Positions 1 to 13,785 are shown, counted from the whole stretch's first letter. The stretch: DNA of 63,885 nt, filler included, from Choristocarpus tenellus KU-1152 (GCA_964200185.2; 10 parts of 10 records of this genome joined end to end with filler, not necessarily neighbours in it); one strand, 5' to 3'. Notes: generated by a model from the sequence alone, not told the origin. Numbers and translations are program-made.

Positions 1-99
1 GTTGTTTATTTTATATTTAAAGAAAAAAAATGGTTTCAAGCCAACGCCGCCGCCCCACAACACCCCCCCCCCCCCCCCCCCCCCCAGATACTTTGAGTC
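1..99. mobile_element. Partial family-A MITE end; other partial copies at contig edges: 12633-12718, 21164-21219, 34269-34445 (variant), 46294-46446, 51815-51934, 55224-55247, 55348-55401, ~58765-58809
   Basis: Each carries poly-C followed by AGATACTTTGNNNN, or its reverse complement, and is cut by or lies near a spacer or the window edge. Confidence 0.8.
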
Positions 100-2559
100 A
101 TAAGCTACTAATACCACTACAAAATATTATTAATGAGAGTAAAATAATAGGATACTCTGTATATTATAATGCAATTGATACCATATAGCGAAATATTATT
201 TAGTCCACAACACTAATTGAAGAAGTGAAAATTTGAATGTTGTACGTTAGATACCTCTCTTGTTAGTCATTCTAGTACTCCTTTGAGTCAACCTCTAATA
301 TATGATACAACATGCACTACTCAAGAGTATAGTACTAAATAATTGAGGATTTAGACAACTGTTTGCCTGCATGCCACCCACCACTGTGTGCAGTAACTGC
401 AATGGTGATGCCCTAGTACTACTGTTCCACACTGATGAGTGGGTCTGGAATTACGAAGCTGTCCAGATATGTGGTAGATAACCTGTACACATTTAGAGTG
501 GGTCTAGAGGTTGCAGTTTTCCCATATTTTTTGGTTGAAGGGAGTCGAGTATGATCCTCACATCCTGAAACTATGCTCAAAAGCTGGGAGAACCCCACCA
601 ACCACGAAGATTGAACCGATCGAATCTATTATTGCATCTCAAATCCTTTCTCAATTTTTATTTTATTATATATACTCATTGCTCTCCTCCAATTGACTTG
701 AGTCAAGAATTTTGGTATGGGCTCCTGGTTCAGAGTATGTAAGGTACGTCATAAATCAGTACATCACTCATCAGCAAAGAGGAAGGTTCCCAGAAATCCT
801 TGTCAGGCCCTCAATCAAGCCAACCCACAAAAAAATAGAGGGTCGTACTGTTTGTGTCATAAAAACCTAAGTACTGTTAGTACCACTAGACCTCTTGTGG
901 CGGTAGTAATGAATAATATATGGTGTACCATGTTTACCTAGGTGTTTGTTGTCATTGTTACGCATCCTCCACTGTTGCTTACCAATTATCTCATTTCCCA
1001 TCCTGTGTACAAATCAAGACAAGTCCCTCCTACCAAAGTGAAGAAATTTGTAACACTTTAAAGTAAGATGGCAGGCCTCATATTCTTGGCTATGGGATGT
1101 CACTCAAGGGATGTTATTAAGATATGCTCACTTCTTACAAAGATAAAAAAATACTGTACATCTTTCTCACCTACCTTTAGCTGAAAGTGTACTCATACCT
1201 TTGCGTACAATGGCCAAAAGGGGGGCAAGGGTGAGATACAATCTACTGATTTAGTGACACAATTAGTAAGTCATAGAATCCAAATGTGTCAATACCTAAT
1301 GTAGCTGCTCTCCAACATAACCACTGCCGCCATAACTTGACTGGTTCAAATGGCTTCTTATCAAACCGGAAAATAAATTAATCAGTCAGATATTTGGCTT
1401 GTGTCCATAATAGGGACTCGCTAGTGAAGCATCATGGGATCAAAACTGCTTTGGAGAATAACAAAATTGCACAAACATAGAACACAACATAGGTGTCTCT
1501 ATGGCAAGATCCCGATTTATCTCACACCATTGCAACCAATTGTACTCAGTCATGCTGCAAATCATAAGCACCAACAGCTCCTTTCTACTCTTCTCCCCAC
1601 ATGCTTTGGCATCCACACTTGTCCTTTCCCTCCTTACTCCGATGCACATCCACCATACCATACCCTGAGGCAAAAAACAAATCAAGGCCAAAAAAAATGA
1701 TTATCATAGTCCGAAGCACTACATTTGCGCTACTCCAAAAACAGGCGCTCAATATGGTGCCAGAAAACTGCCATACTCAAAGATAGTAATGACAGGTGGA
1801 GATGAGTCAATGAATGGCCACTGTATACATGAAAATACTTATGGGGCTTACCACACATGCCAACAAGCTGCGCTTTATGGAGGCTAACAACACCCTTCTT
1901 TCCAGGACAAGGGTTCGCTATGTACATAAATCTCATCCCAACTGGGCATATCTTGTCACATGAAGAATCATGAGCCCACTTTCTAACCTCAATTATCATG
2001 GAATTGCATTTTTATCCCCTCTTACTCCCCTCCCCCAGTCTATTGCAAAAATCGCTGTAGTCCATTCGGTATCTCTACTTCTTGTCAGCGATTATTAGCG
2101 TTTACTTACCACAGACCAAAATAAAAATGCCCCACAAACTACTATTCAATGACATAGCCAAAAAATGTAAATCAAAAACGTAAATCCACAGCTCTCGCTA
2201 TCACCGCTTCAGTCACCACCATCCCTTCCCCCAGAACCTCGTAGCACTCCTCCCATCCTCTCCCCTGCATTTGTCCACACCACCTAACAGGGCTAGGGGC
2301 ATTTTCTGTTCCAGCATTCTAGGAGTAGAACAAGAATGGGGGAAGAGACACATCGGCAATCAAAGCAGCTAACAAACGGGACTTTTCACGGAACCATAAC
2401 GAATAGGGCCCACTCAACCTCTCGGAAACCCATCCACATTCACAATTCCACACCTCTCATATGCTCTACCCTGCACTTTTTCCACCCCCCAGTCTCTTAT
2501 CTTGCTCAAGGCAAAAACACCCCTATCACCAAATAACCCCAATAATGTTACCTTATTCC

Positions 2560-5161
2560 TCATTCCTTGATGCTCGAAACAAGGGCCCCGCCGAACTTGA
2601 AAGAGTTTGCAGTTTCTGCAATGCACGCCTCTTTCTCTTCTAATCCCCACCCATCAGCCATGACATCAATATTTTTGCGGGTAGCATCCAGCAGGGCCCT
2701 TACATCCCCCCCATTCTTCTCCCACTTGTAAAACTCAAGAGTGCGACCATCAAAGCAACTAAAAGAGCACAAGAACCAGAGCAGGTTGTGCATATTGATA
2801 GGGACAGCAGTGGAAAGGAACTTAAGATCAGGTCGGGGCAAGAGAGCCAGGATAGGGATAGGATTAGGGTCTCATGATGCAAGGCTGGGGAGAACAAAAG
2901 GTAAGGAGGGATTGGAAGGCTCAGGCAATTGGACCTATTGAGGCAGACGCAATTGAGACCCAGTCTCCACTTGTTTAAGGGACACTAGTGCTAAACGATA
3001 CATCAACTACATTCCGAATGCCAGAAGAAAGCTCAGCTTTCAGATATTTGCAATGAGAGTTAAAAAAAAATAAATCACGTCTTTGCAACAGTCTCAGGAA
3101 TGGATGGGAACAAAAGCAAGCCTATAAACACAAGTATAAAGCAGACACCTACAAGTAGGCACCTCACCTCTTCGCCACCATGCGCCCAATCATCAGACCC
3201 CCAGCAGTATGTGCAAAGTAATGGTTGTAGAAGTGACACATAAATGCCGGCAGGCTGGAGGCAGCAATCTTCCTCAAGAACGCTGCGTAATCCACCCCTG
3301 CTTTTGAAGGCTGTGGTTTGCCCCCTACCCCCACCCCTGCTTCTACTCCCTCCCCAAGCTCATCATTGTATGTCTCCAGCATCCAAGCAATGTCTTTGTC
3401 TAGAGCTGCAGTACGTTCAAGTCCCGTGTCACGGAAGGCAACAAGGGCTGGCATCATTTGGCACACCTCTTCTAGAGCATTGTACACTTCTCGCGAGTCA
3501 ACCAGAAACTGAAGGTACCCCTTCCTGTTATAGTCAGCCCAGTTCAAGATCAGTTCACAGAAGGCGAAGCGGGTGCGGGGTGGGGGTGGGGGTGGGGGGG
3601 GGAATATTAGTTTTCGTGCCATGAAAGGAGTTTGATCATCTCTTATCAAGAGATATTCAAATATCGAAAGAAAATACGTCATTTTTTTCGCATCTCAATA
3701 ACAAACAAAACAAACAAAACAAACCCGCACGCAAGTGTCCTTTCGAGTACTCACAACAAGGACTTGGCATCCGATTTAACACACCTATCTCATATACTCA
3801 TACCATACCAATTTCTTGATGGACACTTAGCTTGTACATGTGTGTATTGAGTGTAGATGCGCAGGTACCCGTCCACAATGCTCAAAGTCAGAGAGTGGTG
3901 TCAGGATAGCATGTTGTGCTGGTGAAATGCAACCTGCTCATTTATTGTTGACTAAGAGAACATCACAGCACAAAATCCTTCACAAGACCCAAATGTCGCC
4001 CCTACCTCTGACCCTCATCCTGAATATCATATTGCCTCTCTTAAAGCTCACCTGGTGGGAACCCACTCAGAAAATTTCTTGCCCTGCGTCTCCTGCCCAC
4101 CTTCCCTTGGGGATTGGTCTCGTGTGTGCAGCTTCATAGCAGCCCTGCGCATATCACCCTGGACAAATGAATTGGGGTCACTGTACAAAGGGGGAGGGGG
4201 GAAGGGGGGAAGGGGGGAGGGGGGGAGGGGGGATTTAACATACCTTACAGGAAATGTTGTTATGAGGCAGGCAAAATGGAATACAGTTGGATAGATCACA
4301 GCCCTCTCTGAGAGATTAGTACCCACACCTTCTCTACTGGTGTACATGTACCTTACCCCCACAGGCATGTGAAAGGATTGAAGGCAGGTGCAGGTCTATG
4401 ATTTATATTGTCTTCGCCTCCTTATCCATTTTGGAGAGTGGACAATCTATCCACTGCACCACTCTTACTCAAATATAAAAACTTAAATTGTCCAGCCTTT
4501 GCCGCAAAGGAATGTCACCAACTATAATAACTCTCACATCACCTACATGTGTGTATAGAGCAGTACACACCCTTTTCCTTTCATCTCTCAGTCATTAATC
4601 CAATTGAACTCATGACCTCAGTGGGTTTAATTGGAAATTTTTATTTAATTCCCCTTTCAGGTGCAAATTAAACATTCAGGTATCAACTGAACTGCACATA
4701 TATATATACATACATATATGGGGGATTGGAAGGCTTCAGACACCCAATCATTTTTATATGATATTCAGGTGAACACCTGCTAGGTGTGTTAAGCAAGGTG
4801 CTAGAGCATGTCCAAAATCTTATTTTGGTCTCACTCACGGTTTTCCCATGCCTCCATGGCCCATCTTTCTCTTTGGCTTGGAGGATGAAGATGTACTGTC
4901 CCCTGCTGTAGCCCTCACATCACTGGTCGGTGGGGTGCACAAAAGGGGTAATGACCAGCCTCTTCGCCTGCTTTGTCGGTGTGACCCAATGCAGGGAACG
5001 TAGGAAAGGCAGGGCCAAGCGGGTAAGGTGATGGTTGTGGGGGTGGGGCCGAGGTTGTCCAATGAGAGGAGAAAACGCCTATAAGACCACGTTGTTGCAC
5101 CACATCCATTCTGTACTTCAAGTCCCCCGTAAATATCAGGGCTGTGCCAGATTAGGAACAC
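2560..5161 (-). CDS. HO1: Heme oxygenase, plant/algal HY1 (HO1)-type; exons 5161-4839, 4180-4052, 3524-3168, 2758-2560; first exon and start codon unresolved
   Basis: Spliced translation gives ...SFVQGDMRRAAMKLHTRDQSPREG...WVPTRKGYLQFLVDSREVYNALE...DTGLERTAALDKDI...[40 protein letters not shown]...EEKEACIAETANSFKFGG. This has the HY1 hallmarks AMKLHT (proximal His) and HFYN.YFAH.AGG.MIG. All three introns are GT..AG and phase 2 (CC|T, AG|G, AG|T). Confidence 0.93.
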
Positions 5162-6410
5162 CTACGTAGCACTCAAAACAAAATACAAGGTGGTTAGCGA
5201 GTCCTGAATCAAGCTATGCCTTGAACTGTCGTGACCAGAGACGTTAGCAGCAACTGTAACAAGGTTCCGGTGTTTATACTTCGCTTCTTTTGCCATTTTT
5301 TTACCTCTAAAGATAGCATTGTAGACTGAAACTGTACTGCCAAAATAAACAAGACACGACTATGACCATCTGTACCACATCGATCGTACAAGGATACCCC
5401 ACCAACAAGCACATTCAAGTCGGGTCACAGAGCATGAACTGTGTACAAGTCGCTTAATGGTCGATTAAGCACATCAGGGAATGAAGCTTGAGATAGCCCC
5501 TCCTTACCGCCAAATGAATGACAACGGACAAAAGGCATCTTAATACAGGTACAATTGGCTGTGTAGGTTAAATCGACGCCCTCTGACTATGCATCCTCGA
5601 GCACCCCTTTTGCCTACTTACAAATCAGGTGCACAAACCACGACTATTGAATCATATGAGGCATAGAGAAGGAGTGGCATGAGGGGGGTGTACGATGAAT
5701 CGGCTTTCCTCGCCAGAGTTGATCAAATTGCGTACCTTGGAGCTACTGCCCATCTGTTTGAGTGTCTTCGGCAAGAAGAACGCAGAATTCCGTACCTTGC
5801 CGTGGAGGACACCTGGAATCCACATGCCTTGTCCATGCCGAGGACAGCCGCCGTAGCAGACACTCCCACGATAGATCCCAACTTCATGTTTCGGCCAATT
5901 ACCTTGATGAGATTCTTTGTACAGTAACTCTTTTAAAAAGAACGTCGCGACCTTACAACCGAGCTATCCGATAAACCCTTCAGAAGAGGATGTAGTCAAC
6001 GCCACTTACCAGACACTATACCTTGAGTTCAAGGTGTCACCTCAAAAAACGGTGTGTGCCCAATATATAAACCTCACACAATAGAGTAGAGATTGTGGAA
6101 GACACACACACGCCTTCCGAGTTTTGTATCCATTGACATTCCAAATTTAGTCGAGATGCTTGAAGACCATCTGAAGTACATAGCACGTAACACAAGGTCA
6201 ATTGCTTGGTTAAGAGGAGAGAGTTGGATAACTTAAAGGATGAGCGATAAACGAGGAACCCACCCTAAGGTGAAACACTGGATTTACCCCTTGGTGCCTA
6301 GGTACTTCAAAAGCGGATTGAGTTCCTAGACTTCAATGAGTCATATGTGAAGCACACTTCAGACGCTCTTTTTTCTATGGTGCCTATATTATTTTTATGT
6401 CTCTACAAGT

Positions 6411-9400
6411 ATGATCCTAACCCACTTGTTCATCGTATACAACCCCAAGGTGGTGATCGTGGGTGCTGGTGTGGCAGGGCTTACGGTGGCAAGAGACCTC
6501 CTGGGTAAGGGCTGGCCGCCTGAGAAGGTGGTGGTTCTGGAAGCGAGAAGCACTATTGGCGGGAGGGTGAGAGCGTGAGGGAAAGAGTCCTTATGTAGAA
6601 TAATTAGAAGAACTGCCACTGTCAGCTGCTAAATAATCCACTCGACTCTCCTCCACTATTGGTGGACCCTTCATGTGCAATCCCTATGACCTATCGACTG
6701 AGCAACCTCGTGCTTCTGATAATGATGTGTAATTTAGAATGAATACAGTCATCAGCCTTCGAGAGGTTAACCTCATACTCAGGGCACCTTCAGAGTACAT
6801 GAACTGATAGTGGTATGCAGTGTGTCACGACCTCTGTAACACTCAATCTTCCTTGCAGCAATTACGGTAGCGCTTTGTCCTCCCGTTTGACTCTTGGATA
6901 CAGGCTACAACAACCATGCACCCCATGGGCTTTTTCTATGACCAGGGGGCAGCATACGTACACGGCGAGTGGGGGAACCCCATCGCGCACATTGCTAGAG
7001 AGGCAGGCATCCAGCTCAAACAGGTATGAATCAGCCCACCCTGTCCCCACCCTCCGCACTCTCGCCATCGTAATCTTACGAGTTCACCGTGTCCTGGCTT
7101 GGAATTGCGACTCATCTGCTTAACCTTCTGTATGGACTTAGGTCTGATGTATGGATGTATTGGATAATTGATTCGTTGGTGACGCCGAAAGGCCTCCAGA
7201 GCCATCTACCTCAATCTATGCTCCTATCTCCCAGTTGCCCGTTGAATAGTCCAAGCACATTGTTCAGCTTTCCGTTCCCTCCAAGCTCTTGCCTCAAGCC
7301 TCGATCTCGCACAAGTAGGTCAATTGTCACACTCACATTATCGCTTACCCTCCCTCTCCACAAGTAATCAGGTATCCCCCCGCAATCCATGGATAAATGC
7401 ATCCGCATCGGAAATCGCCCTATTCTGGGGAGGTGTAAGAGCATCGGACAAGGATATGGCACGAACAGAAAAACACTGGAAGGGCCTTATGACCCAAGTG
7501 GGAAAAATGGCATCCAAGTGCAAGGACTCCTGGGCTCCTCTGTCAGGTGGGTACGTCAATACAATGGGATAGGCTGTGCTTCATGTTGCAAGCATCCTTA
7601 ATGCATGAGTTTCAGTGGATTGCCTGTTTTGCTACCCAGCTCCGTCGCCTTTTTTGCCCGACTGCTGCAATGATGAACCCCTCCTCCCATACCTTTTTAG
7701 TCATTTCAACATTCCAACCACAACAAATCTGTGACACTGTGCCACCTCATTTTGTTTTTGGGTGTTGTCTCATTGTCATATTATGCACTGCAAATGTCCT
7801 GAGGACAATTAACAGCTGCAGTAGAGGTCATCCTTGCTAAGGATCCCTTCTCATCCCTCACGATAGAAGACATGGGAAGACTTAGGTTTCGCGTACTGAT
7901 GCTGGGACTCTGGAATGGCTGTGATGTGGAGGAACTGCAATCTCAGGAGTTCTGTGCTGGGATTGGTGGGGAGGTTTGCATCTATACCCTCCTCTCCTCT
8001 CATATTTTGAGGCCAGAGTTTTAAAGCTTGGCTCATGATAATTGCTGATCAATTACCTAGCTTCAATTCGCATTTGTAGTCAATCTCTTGAGTGTTTGAG
8101 ATTTTGCTGAAGGTTCTCGGTTGAATCATTCTTGTGCTGCATATGCCTGTGATAAATGGCAATGGAAACAAAAACAACTGTTTTATCAATTTTTTACTGT
8201 GCAGTTCCCAACTGTTATGCCGGGTGCAATGCCCCAAGTGTGACCCTTGCAATCATGTTATGTTTTAACTTTTGTTGCCCTTGTTCCTTATTCTCTTCCC
8301 TCAGCACTTCCCTTTCTCATCCTCAACCCGTTCCCTTTTTAGGGGACCTATGGAGACTTTCCTGGCCCACACAGCTTGGTGGAAGGGGGGATGAGCCAGA
8401 TTGTTCAGGCAATTGCCACCAGTGACGTGAGAGGATTGATCTTAGAGCATGATTTTCTTGCTTGCATTTTTTGTGGTTTGTTGTCATACAGATATTGGGG
8501 GTTCAAGCAAGCACAGTCCATTACCCTTTGCTCTACTCGGTGCAGTATTTGTCTTGCTGTATGTCACAACTTCATAAGAGAGATTGCTACACCCTCCAAA
8601 GGTCGCTTCTGCCCTATCTCTGATCTTAAATACCCCGCTGACCTGGCAAAGGCCTACAAACAGCTGGTGACATTTCAGTATGGAGGGAGTGGAAGATGTA
8701 TTGCTGTTAGACGTACTGCCAGAGCTGAGTGTTACCAATAGTCCAATGTTGATATGTCTTCGCCTAGGGTAGTGTCTGTACCATACCATACCAGGTACTT
8801 AGGAAGTAACTTTGATGTGTTACGCATTAAGGTTTTGTGAGTATAACTAAATTGACTCCGAAAAATGATATCAAGTTCATAGTGCTCAAGAAAGAAGGTA
8901 GAGTTGGATGCACACTCTCATAACTTTGTTCCCATGTCCTCCATATTGGTGTATATTGGTGTATGGCATGCACAAGTACAGATACATACACAAAACTGTC
9001 CACTCGAGTGCTGCAGAGATCAACACACACACACACACACACACGTGGCCCTGGCAGGTGTTGATGACCCTACGTCTGAACTCAAAAGCGACGTGCATAT
9101 CTTTGCGCCAACCAAGGAGAGATGGATGTATGCATCGCGACAGCAATGACCGGGATGATAACTGTGACTACTACAGCAATGAGACTGAGGGCAGAGTGAA
9201 CTGGCTGGATGAGGAAAGCTTGAGGGACCAAAAGCTAAACGGGGACCTGAAAGAGATGGTTTCTGTGCACCTGTCTAGTGGGGAGGAGATGACAGCAGAG
9301 GCAGTTGTGGTTGCAGTCCCTCTCTCAGTGCTCCAGACAGAGCTGCTTGAGTTTGATCCACCCTTACCAGAGGTGAATGGACTCATTGGTGTGACATCCA

Positions 9401-9727
9401 CTTTTGTGCTGGTCGAACAGTTCTTGTGAGCTACAGGGGATGAGGGGGTTTTGGGAGGGGGGGAAGAAATAGAGGTATCAGGTCCATGGCACAGGGGTAC
9501 TATAGCATTCAGCATAGTTAATCCTAAAGCCAACAGGGGTAGTTGTACATCTAATGGAGATTGGAGGACACATGTTTTTTGGTAGTAGGAAAGTCATTGT
9601 GGCACAGGGACTGTACAACAGGCAAACTGCTAAGCATTGCATTGCATGGACTCTATTCATTGCCCCACCCCATGACTTTTCAACCTTGCATGCTGTTGCC
9701 CCTCTCGGTTCTTCCTGTCACCTCATA

Positions 9728-9761
<34 letters not shown>

Positions 9762-10427
9762 CTCATTGTTTTTCTTATTTACTCCACAAAAAAACATTTC
9801 GCCCGTCAACACACAGGNNNNNNNNNNGGTTCTTCCTGTCACCTCATATCCCCCCCCCCCCCTTCACATCCTTTCAATCTTTTGTCTTTCTACTTTACTA
9901 CAATAAATGACTTGCCTGCTGCAAGACCAGGAGAGGCGATCAATACTGTCGCGCCTTTCCCTCGGTGCATACGAGAAGGTCTTGATTGAGTTTGAAGATA
10001 CTTTCTGGCCTGATGTTCCCTTCATTGGCTGCTGTGCTAGTGAAGCACCATCCTCTACCACGACAACAGCCCCCAACAGATCCAGCTCCTTTTCAACTTC
10101 CCTCTCAAGCACGGGCCTTCTACTTGAGAACTACCACTGGTCAAAGGGTGTGCCAGTTATTGTAGCAGTGTTTTGTGGAACAAGAGCAAGACAACTCTCA
10201 GCTTTAATTGCGGCTGCATCTGGAGCAACCACAGCACTGGGCACAGGGGAAGAGGCTGTGGCGCAAATGGATAGTGAGAGTGAAACAAGTCCAAGTCTAG
10301 GGGACAATCTTGGGGTGGTGGGAGGAGGTGCTTTGGAGGCGTACCAGCGCATGATTTTACCAATTTTGGAGGAAGCGTTAGGGGGTGGGGAAACGATTCC
10401 GGAACCAGTGTCAGTGATTGCAACCAG
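6411..10427 (+). CDS. Flavin-containing amine oxidase (polyamine oxidase-like), partial; exons ~6411/6450-6566, 6904-7023, 7372-7546, 7816-7973, 8343-8426, 9058-9372, 9931-10427; C-terminal exons not found in this contig
   Basis: FAD-binding VVIVGAGVAGL...VVVLEARSTIGGR, then DQGAAYVHG..GNPI, GGMSQIVQAIA, LRLNSKATCI, AEAVVVAVPLSVLQ...FDPPLP, LGAYEKVLIEFEDTFWP and PEPVSVIATR. Every listed intron is GT..AG with matching phase. The 5' end is uncertain; ORF 5679-5927 may be an upstream exon. Confidence 0.9.
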
Positions 10428-12718
10428 GTGAAATGATGGGGGGGAGAGAGGGATTTGAGGTTGTTGGGGAGGAGTGTGCTTGTTGTGGTCTGATTATGAG
10501 TGATGTCTAGTGCATCCATTCTGACGCAGGGCTAAACCGATGCTTGGTCTGCACTCTGCGATGATCATTGTGAAGTAAGTTGGTGCTAAGGTAGTGGTAT
10601 CACAGTATTTCCTTCACTGCAAATTACATTATTTTGCAAAATTGTGTGGTTTCATGGGGATGCATTGTGGACATTATATAGAAAGGAAGTGGAACGTGTA
10701 GCTTTAAAATTTGTATCCTAAAAGGCATGAGTTATTGTAGGTAGGTGCCCCTGCAAGTGCTTTTCTCAGCTTGAACAAAATTTACATAACGTGGTTGTAT
10801 TTTGATACTGCTTTGCATCTCTCACTAGGACATGATTCAAAAGTCAGCTCACCTCTCTAAACATAGCGAAGGAAGCATAGAGTTACCAGATGCCTTCCCC
10901 TCATTCCCCCTTCATGATCGTACCCTCCTAGCTGGGCTGCGCAGCCTCTTTGTCAGGGTTCATACAGCTTCTTCCCTCTCGGTGCTAAAGACTCTGATGC
11001 ACCAAAAAGTGGAGAGTCAGTTGGGCATAGACTTTATTTTGCTGGAGAAGCTACCAGTGCTGAGTTCCAGGGAAGTGTCCACGGTGCCTTCATCTCAGGG
11101 ATTAGGGTTGCTGAAGAGATTGCCAGCGCATTTTATCCAGACATCATATGAAAGGGTGCACTGTGGCCCACGGCTGATACCTCTGCCCAAACAGGGTTCA
11201 ATCATTCCAACAGAAGAATTTTTATTTTCTATCTATAGACAATGCAACTTGGGGCTTGTGTTGCAGACATTGTTTGAGTTCTGTGGTGCGTGTTTGGGGC
11301 CTATTTGTAGGATATGCTTCCAGGATCATTATTGTTGTGAATTGTAGTAGTTGGATTGGTCCAATTCGATTAAATCACAGGTTAATCGAAACCTTAAATC
11401 TTGGGACCACTTATTCTCATTTTTCTGCTATGGAATATTTGGAGGAGAGAGGGACAGACACAGATGCACAAACAGTAACACAGGTACCATAAACATCGGT
11501 AGGACGGCACAATATGCCATGAGTGTACCCAGGTACTTTGAAAACAGTGAGAGTGGGTTCCTAGACAAGTAGGATGCACCCATTTGCTGGATGTGCCCTT
11601 CTGCGTGTAGAGGATGATGACAAGGAAGGTGAAGGGTCAGATGATGCAGAACCACCCTCCTTGAAGGCAGACAGTGAGTCATCAATAGTCAAGATGGGTG
11701 ACTTTGTGAAGAGAGACCATCACATCACAACCCCCCACTACTGCGGCATACCTCCCTGTCCGTTTGTATTTTGTGACTGGTATAGCGTTCAACAGGGAAA
11801 GGGGAAAAGATGCCATCAAGTCAGCTTGGGCAGCTGTTGGGTGCCTATTCAAAGATCAGCTGGCAAAGGAGCACTTGGAAAAGACGTGCAGGATATGAAG
11901 GATTAGGTTGAAGAAAGGCCCATAGTGTCCTAGAGGGTGTAGAAGGTTAGCCCATGGTGTCTCTATTCGAGCTTGATAAGGATTTGTAAAACGACCCAGA
12001 TTGATGCCTTTTTTGCAGGTGATTTTTGTTTGGATTTGGTTCAGGCAGGGGGGTGAAAAAAAAGTGCATCCAGATTCAGGGAATTGCCTCTACATTTGGT
12101 GTGTTTGCTCACTGGACATGAAAATCACTACAGAACCATAAAGACCCCGAATGGGCGTATGACTCCCCCCACTAGGATACTATGGGCCAAAATGATGATG
12201 AATACCAACTCATTGGTGTTCCAGTTTTTTCCATGGTAGACCGGGTCCTGAACCTCAAACCTACCATCGTTCTTCATGAGATTATTGATAGTCACACACA
12301 ATTTATGTCAACATTTGAGTAGGAGGTACGCAGATAGACTAGGAGTGCAAAACAGAAATTGGAAGTGCTTCTGGGAGGAATGAAGTGGAGAAATCACCAA
12401 TCACCTCCGTCAAAGACGTTCATCAAATATGCAATTGATGTGTTTCAATGTTTGTAAATGACATCTATCACACACACCCCATTTCTTCTTCCTTCGGGCT
12501 CAATATTGTTTCAAGGCCACACCAACTATGCCATATCATTTGTCGATTTTAGTTGCTTCTCTTCTTTCTGCCTCTCTAATCTTTGTCCTTCTACAACTCC
12601 TATCTCGACTCCTTTTTCTATGCAAGTGATGGGACCCAAAATATCTGGGAGGGGGGGGGGGGTCTACACCAGGGGGTCCATTCGGACCAAAATCAGGAAA
12701 AGTGCACTTTCATTATCC

Positions 12719-12818
12719 NNNNNNNNNNNNNNNNNNNNNNNNNNNNNNNNNNNNNNNNNNNNTTAATTAATTAANNNNNNNNNNNNNNNNNNNNNNNNNN
12801 NNNNNNNNNNNNNNNNNN
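12719..12818. other. Artificial contig-joining spacer N44-TTAATTAATTAA-N44; also at 21220-21319, 34446-34545, 46194-46293, 48885-48984, 51935-52034, 55248-55347, 58610-58709 and 61272-61371
   Basis: The same 100-nt structure occurs nine times, and TTAATTAATTAA places stop codons in all six frames. Confidence 0.98.
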
Positions 12819-13785
12819 CTGGCAGCAGACTTCACCACAGCCCCGACTCCATCAGATAAGGACTTGCTGTGACAGGAGGCAAAGAAGTTGTGTACTACGG
12901 AAATTCCCATCCGTAGCAAAGACTGAGAAACCCACCACATCTGTCATCTGTTCTTGAACTGACTCCCGCAGCCATCGGACCAAATGTGGAGGACCTCTAG
13001 GGTCTGTCCGTAATTATGGGCTAGAGGTATTAGGTTGTCTTTCACAAACATCTCCGCGTTGTTCTTGACGAACTCGTTGTCTTGGCTTCGGCCTTCACTA
13101 CACACTGTCATGCTGTGAGCCCAAACCTTCCCTTCCCAATATTTTCCTCTTCTCTGCGATCCCTCAACCACCAAACAATGGTCAGAAGCGCCGTGAGGAA
13201 TAGATTGAAGAACTTTTGTTGTGTCAAGTCTTGGCGGTTGTGTTGAAGGTGGGCGCTGAAGTCCATGGACATGATGGCGTGTCCTTTGGGGAGGCAGGAT
13301 TTGCAATGTTTGTATTGTTGCGCCTGTTAAATGATGGCGTTGTGATGAAGGAAGAAGCTCTTGTCAAAGTTTGCAAAGATGACCTTTAGGAGTGTAGGGA
13401 ATCCCTCCGTCCGTGGGAACAGCACCTGCATAGAACGGGTCAGGTGGTCGCGTTTCGAGCGTTAGAGCTGGTAGTAAGTCCTGGTGACGCAGGCTTTGTT
13501 GCGGTGTAGTCGGGAATGTTCGGTGCTGTGGATGGGAGTATCTGCCCTTTATCTGACGAATACTGCGTGACACATTCGATGTACATTGTATTCTTTACCC
13601 CAAGGAGACTCTCGCGCACCTTTCACCACTGATGTGCTTGTCCATAGACCTGTGGCGTCTTCGTTGTCGTTCTCCTCGGTTCTGTTCCTCCTGAAGTCGG
13701 GGGCAGATTCTCCCACCATGCACTTAGCGAGAATCAAATCACCGGTCATGAGATCATTCGCCCTCAGCTCTGCAGGTTTTGCTTT

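Noticed and set aside
400-2000. Cluster of short ORFs
   Set aside because: No convincing motif. Possibly a very old Copia relic (KELLVLMIC), too degraded to call.
9707-9862. Direct repeat GGTTCTTCCTGTCACCTCATATCCCCC on both sides of a 10-N gap
   Set aside because: Typical unmerged overlap at a poly-C run; most likely an assembly artefact.
10832-11906. 171-aa and 110-aa ORFs as the missing amine oxidase C-terminus
   Set aside because: No W..DP..GSYS, FAGE or HGA motifs, and no phase-compatible exon was found. Identity unresolved.
12763-12774. Recurring palindrome TTAATTAATTAA as a biological repeat
   Set aside because: It is always centred in an identical N44/N44 pad, so it is an artificial six-frame-stop linker. 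ORFs ending in XXXLIN or XXXN are artefacts.
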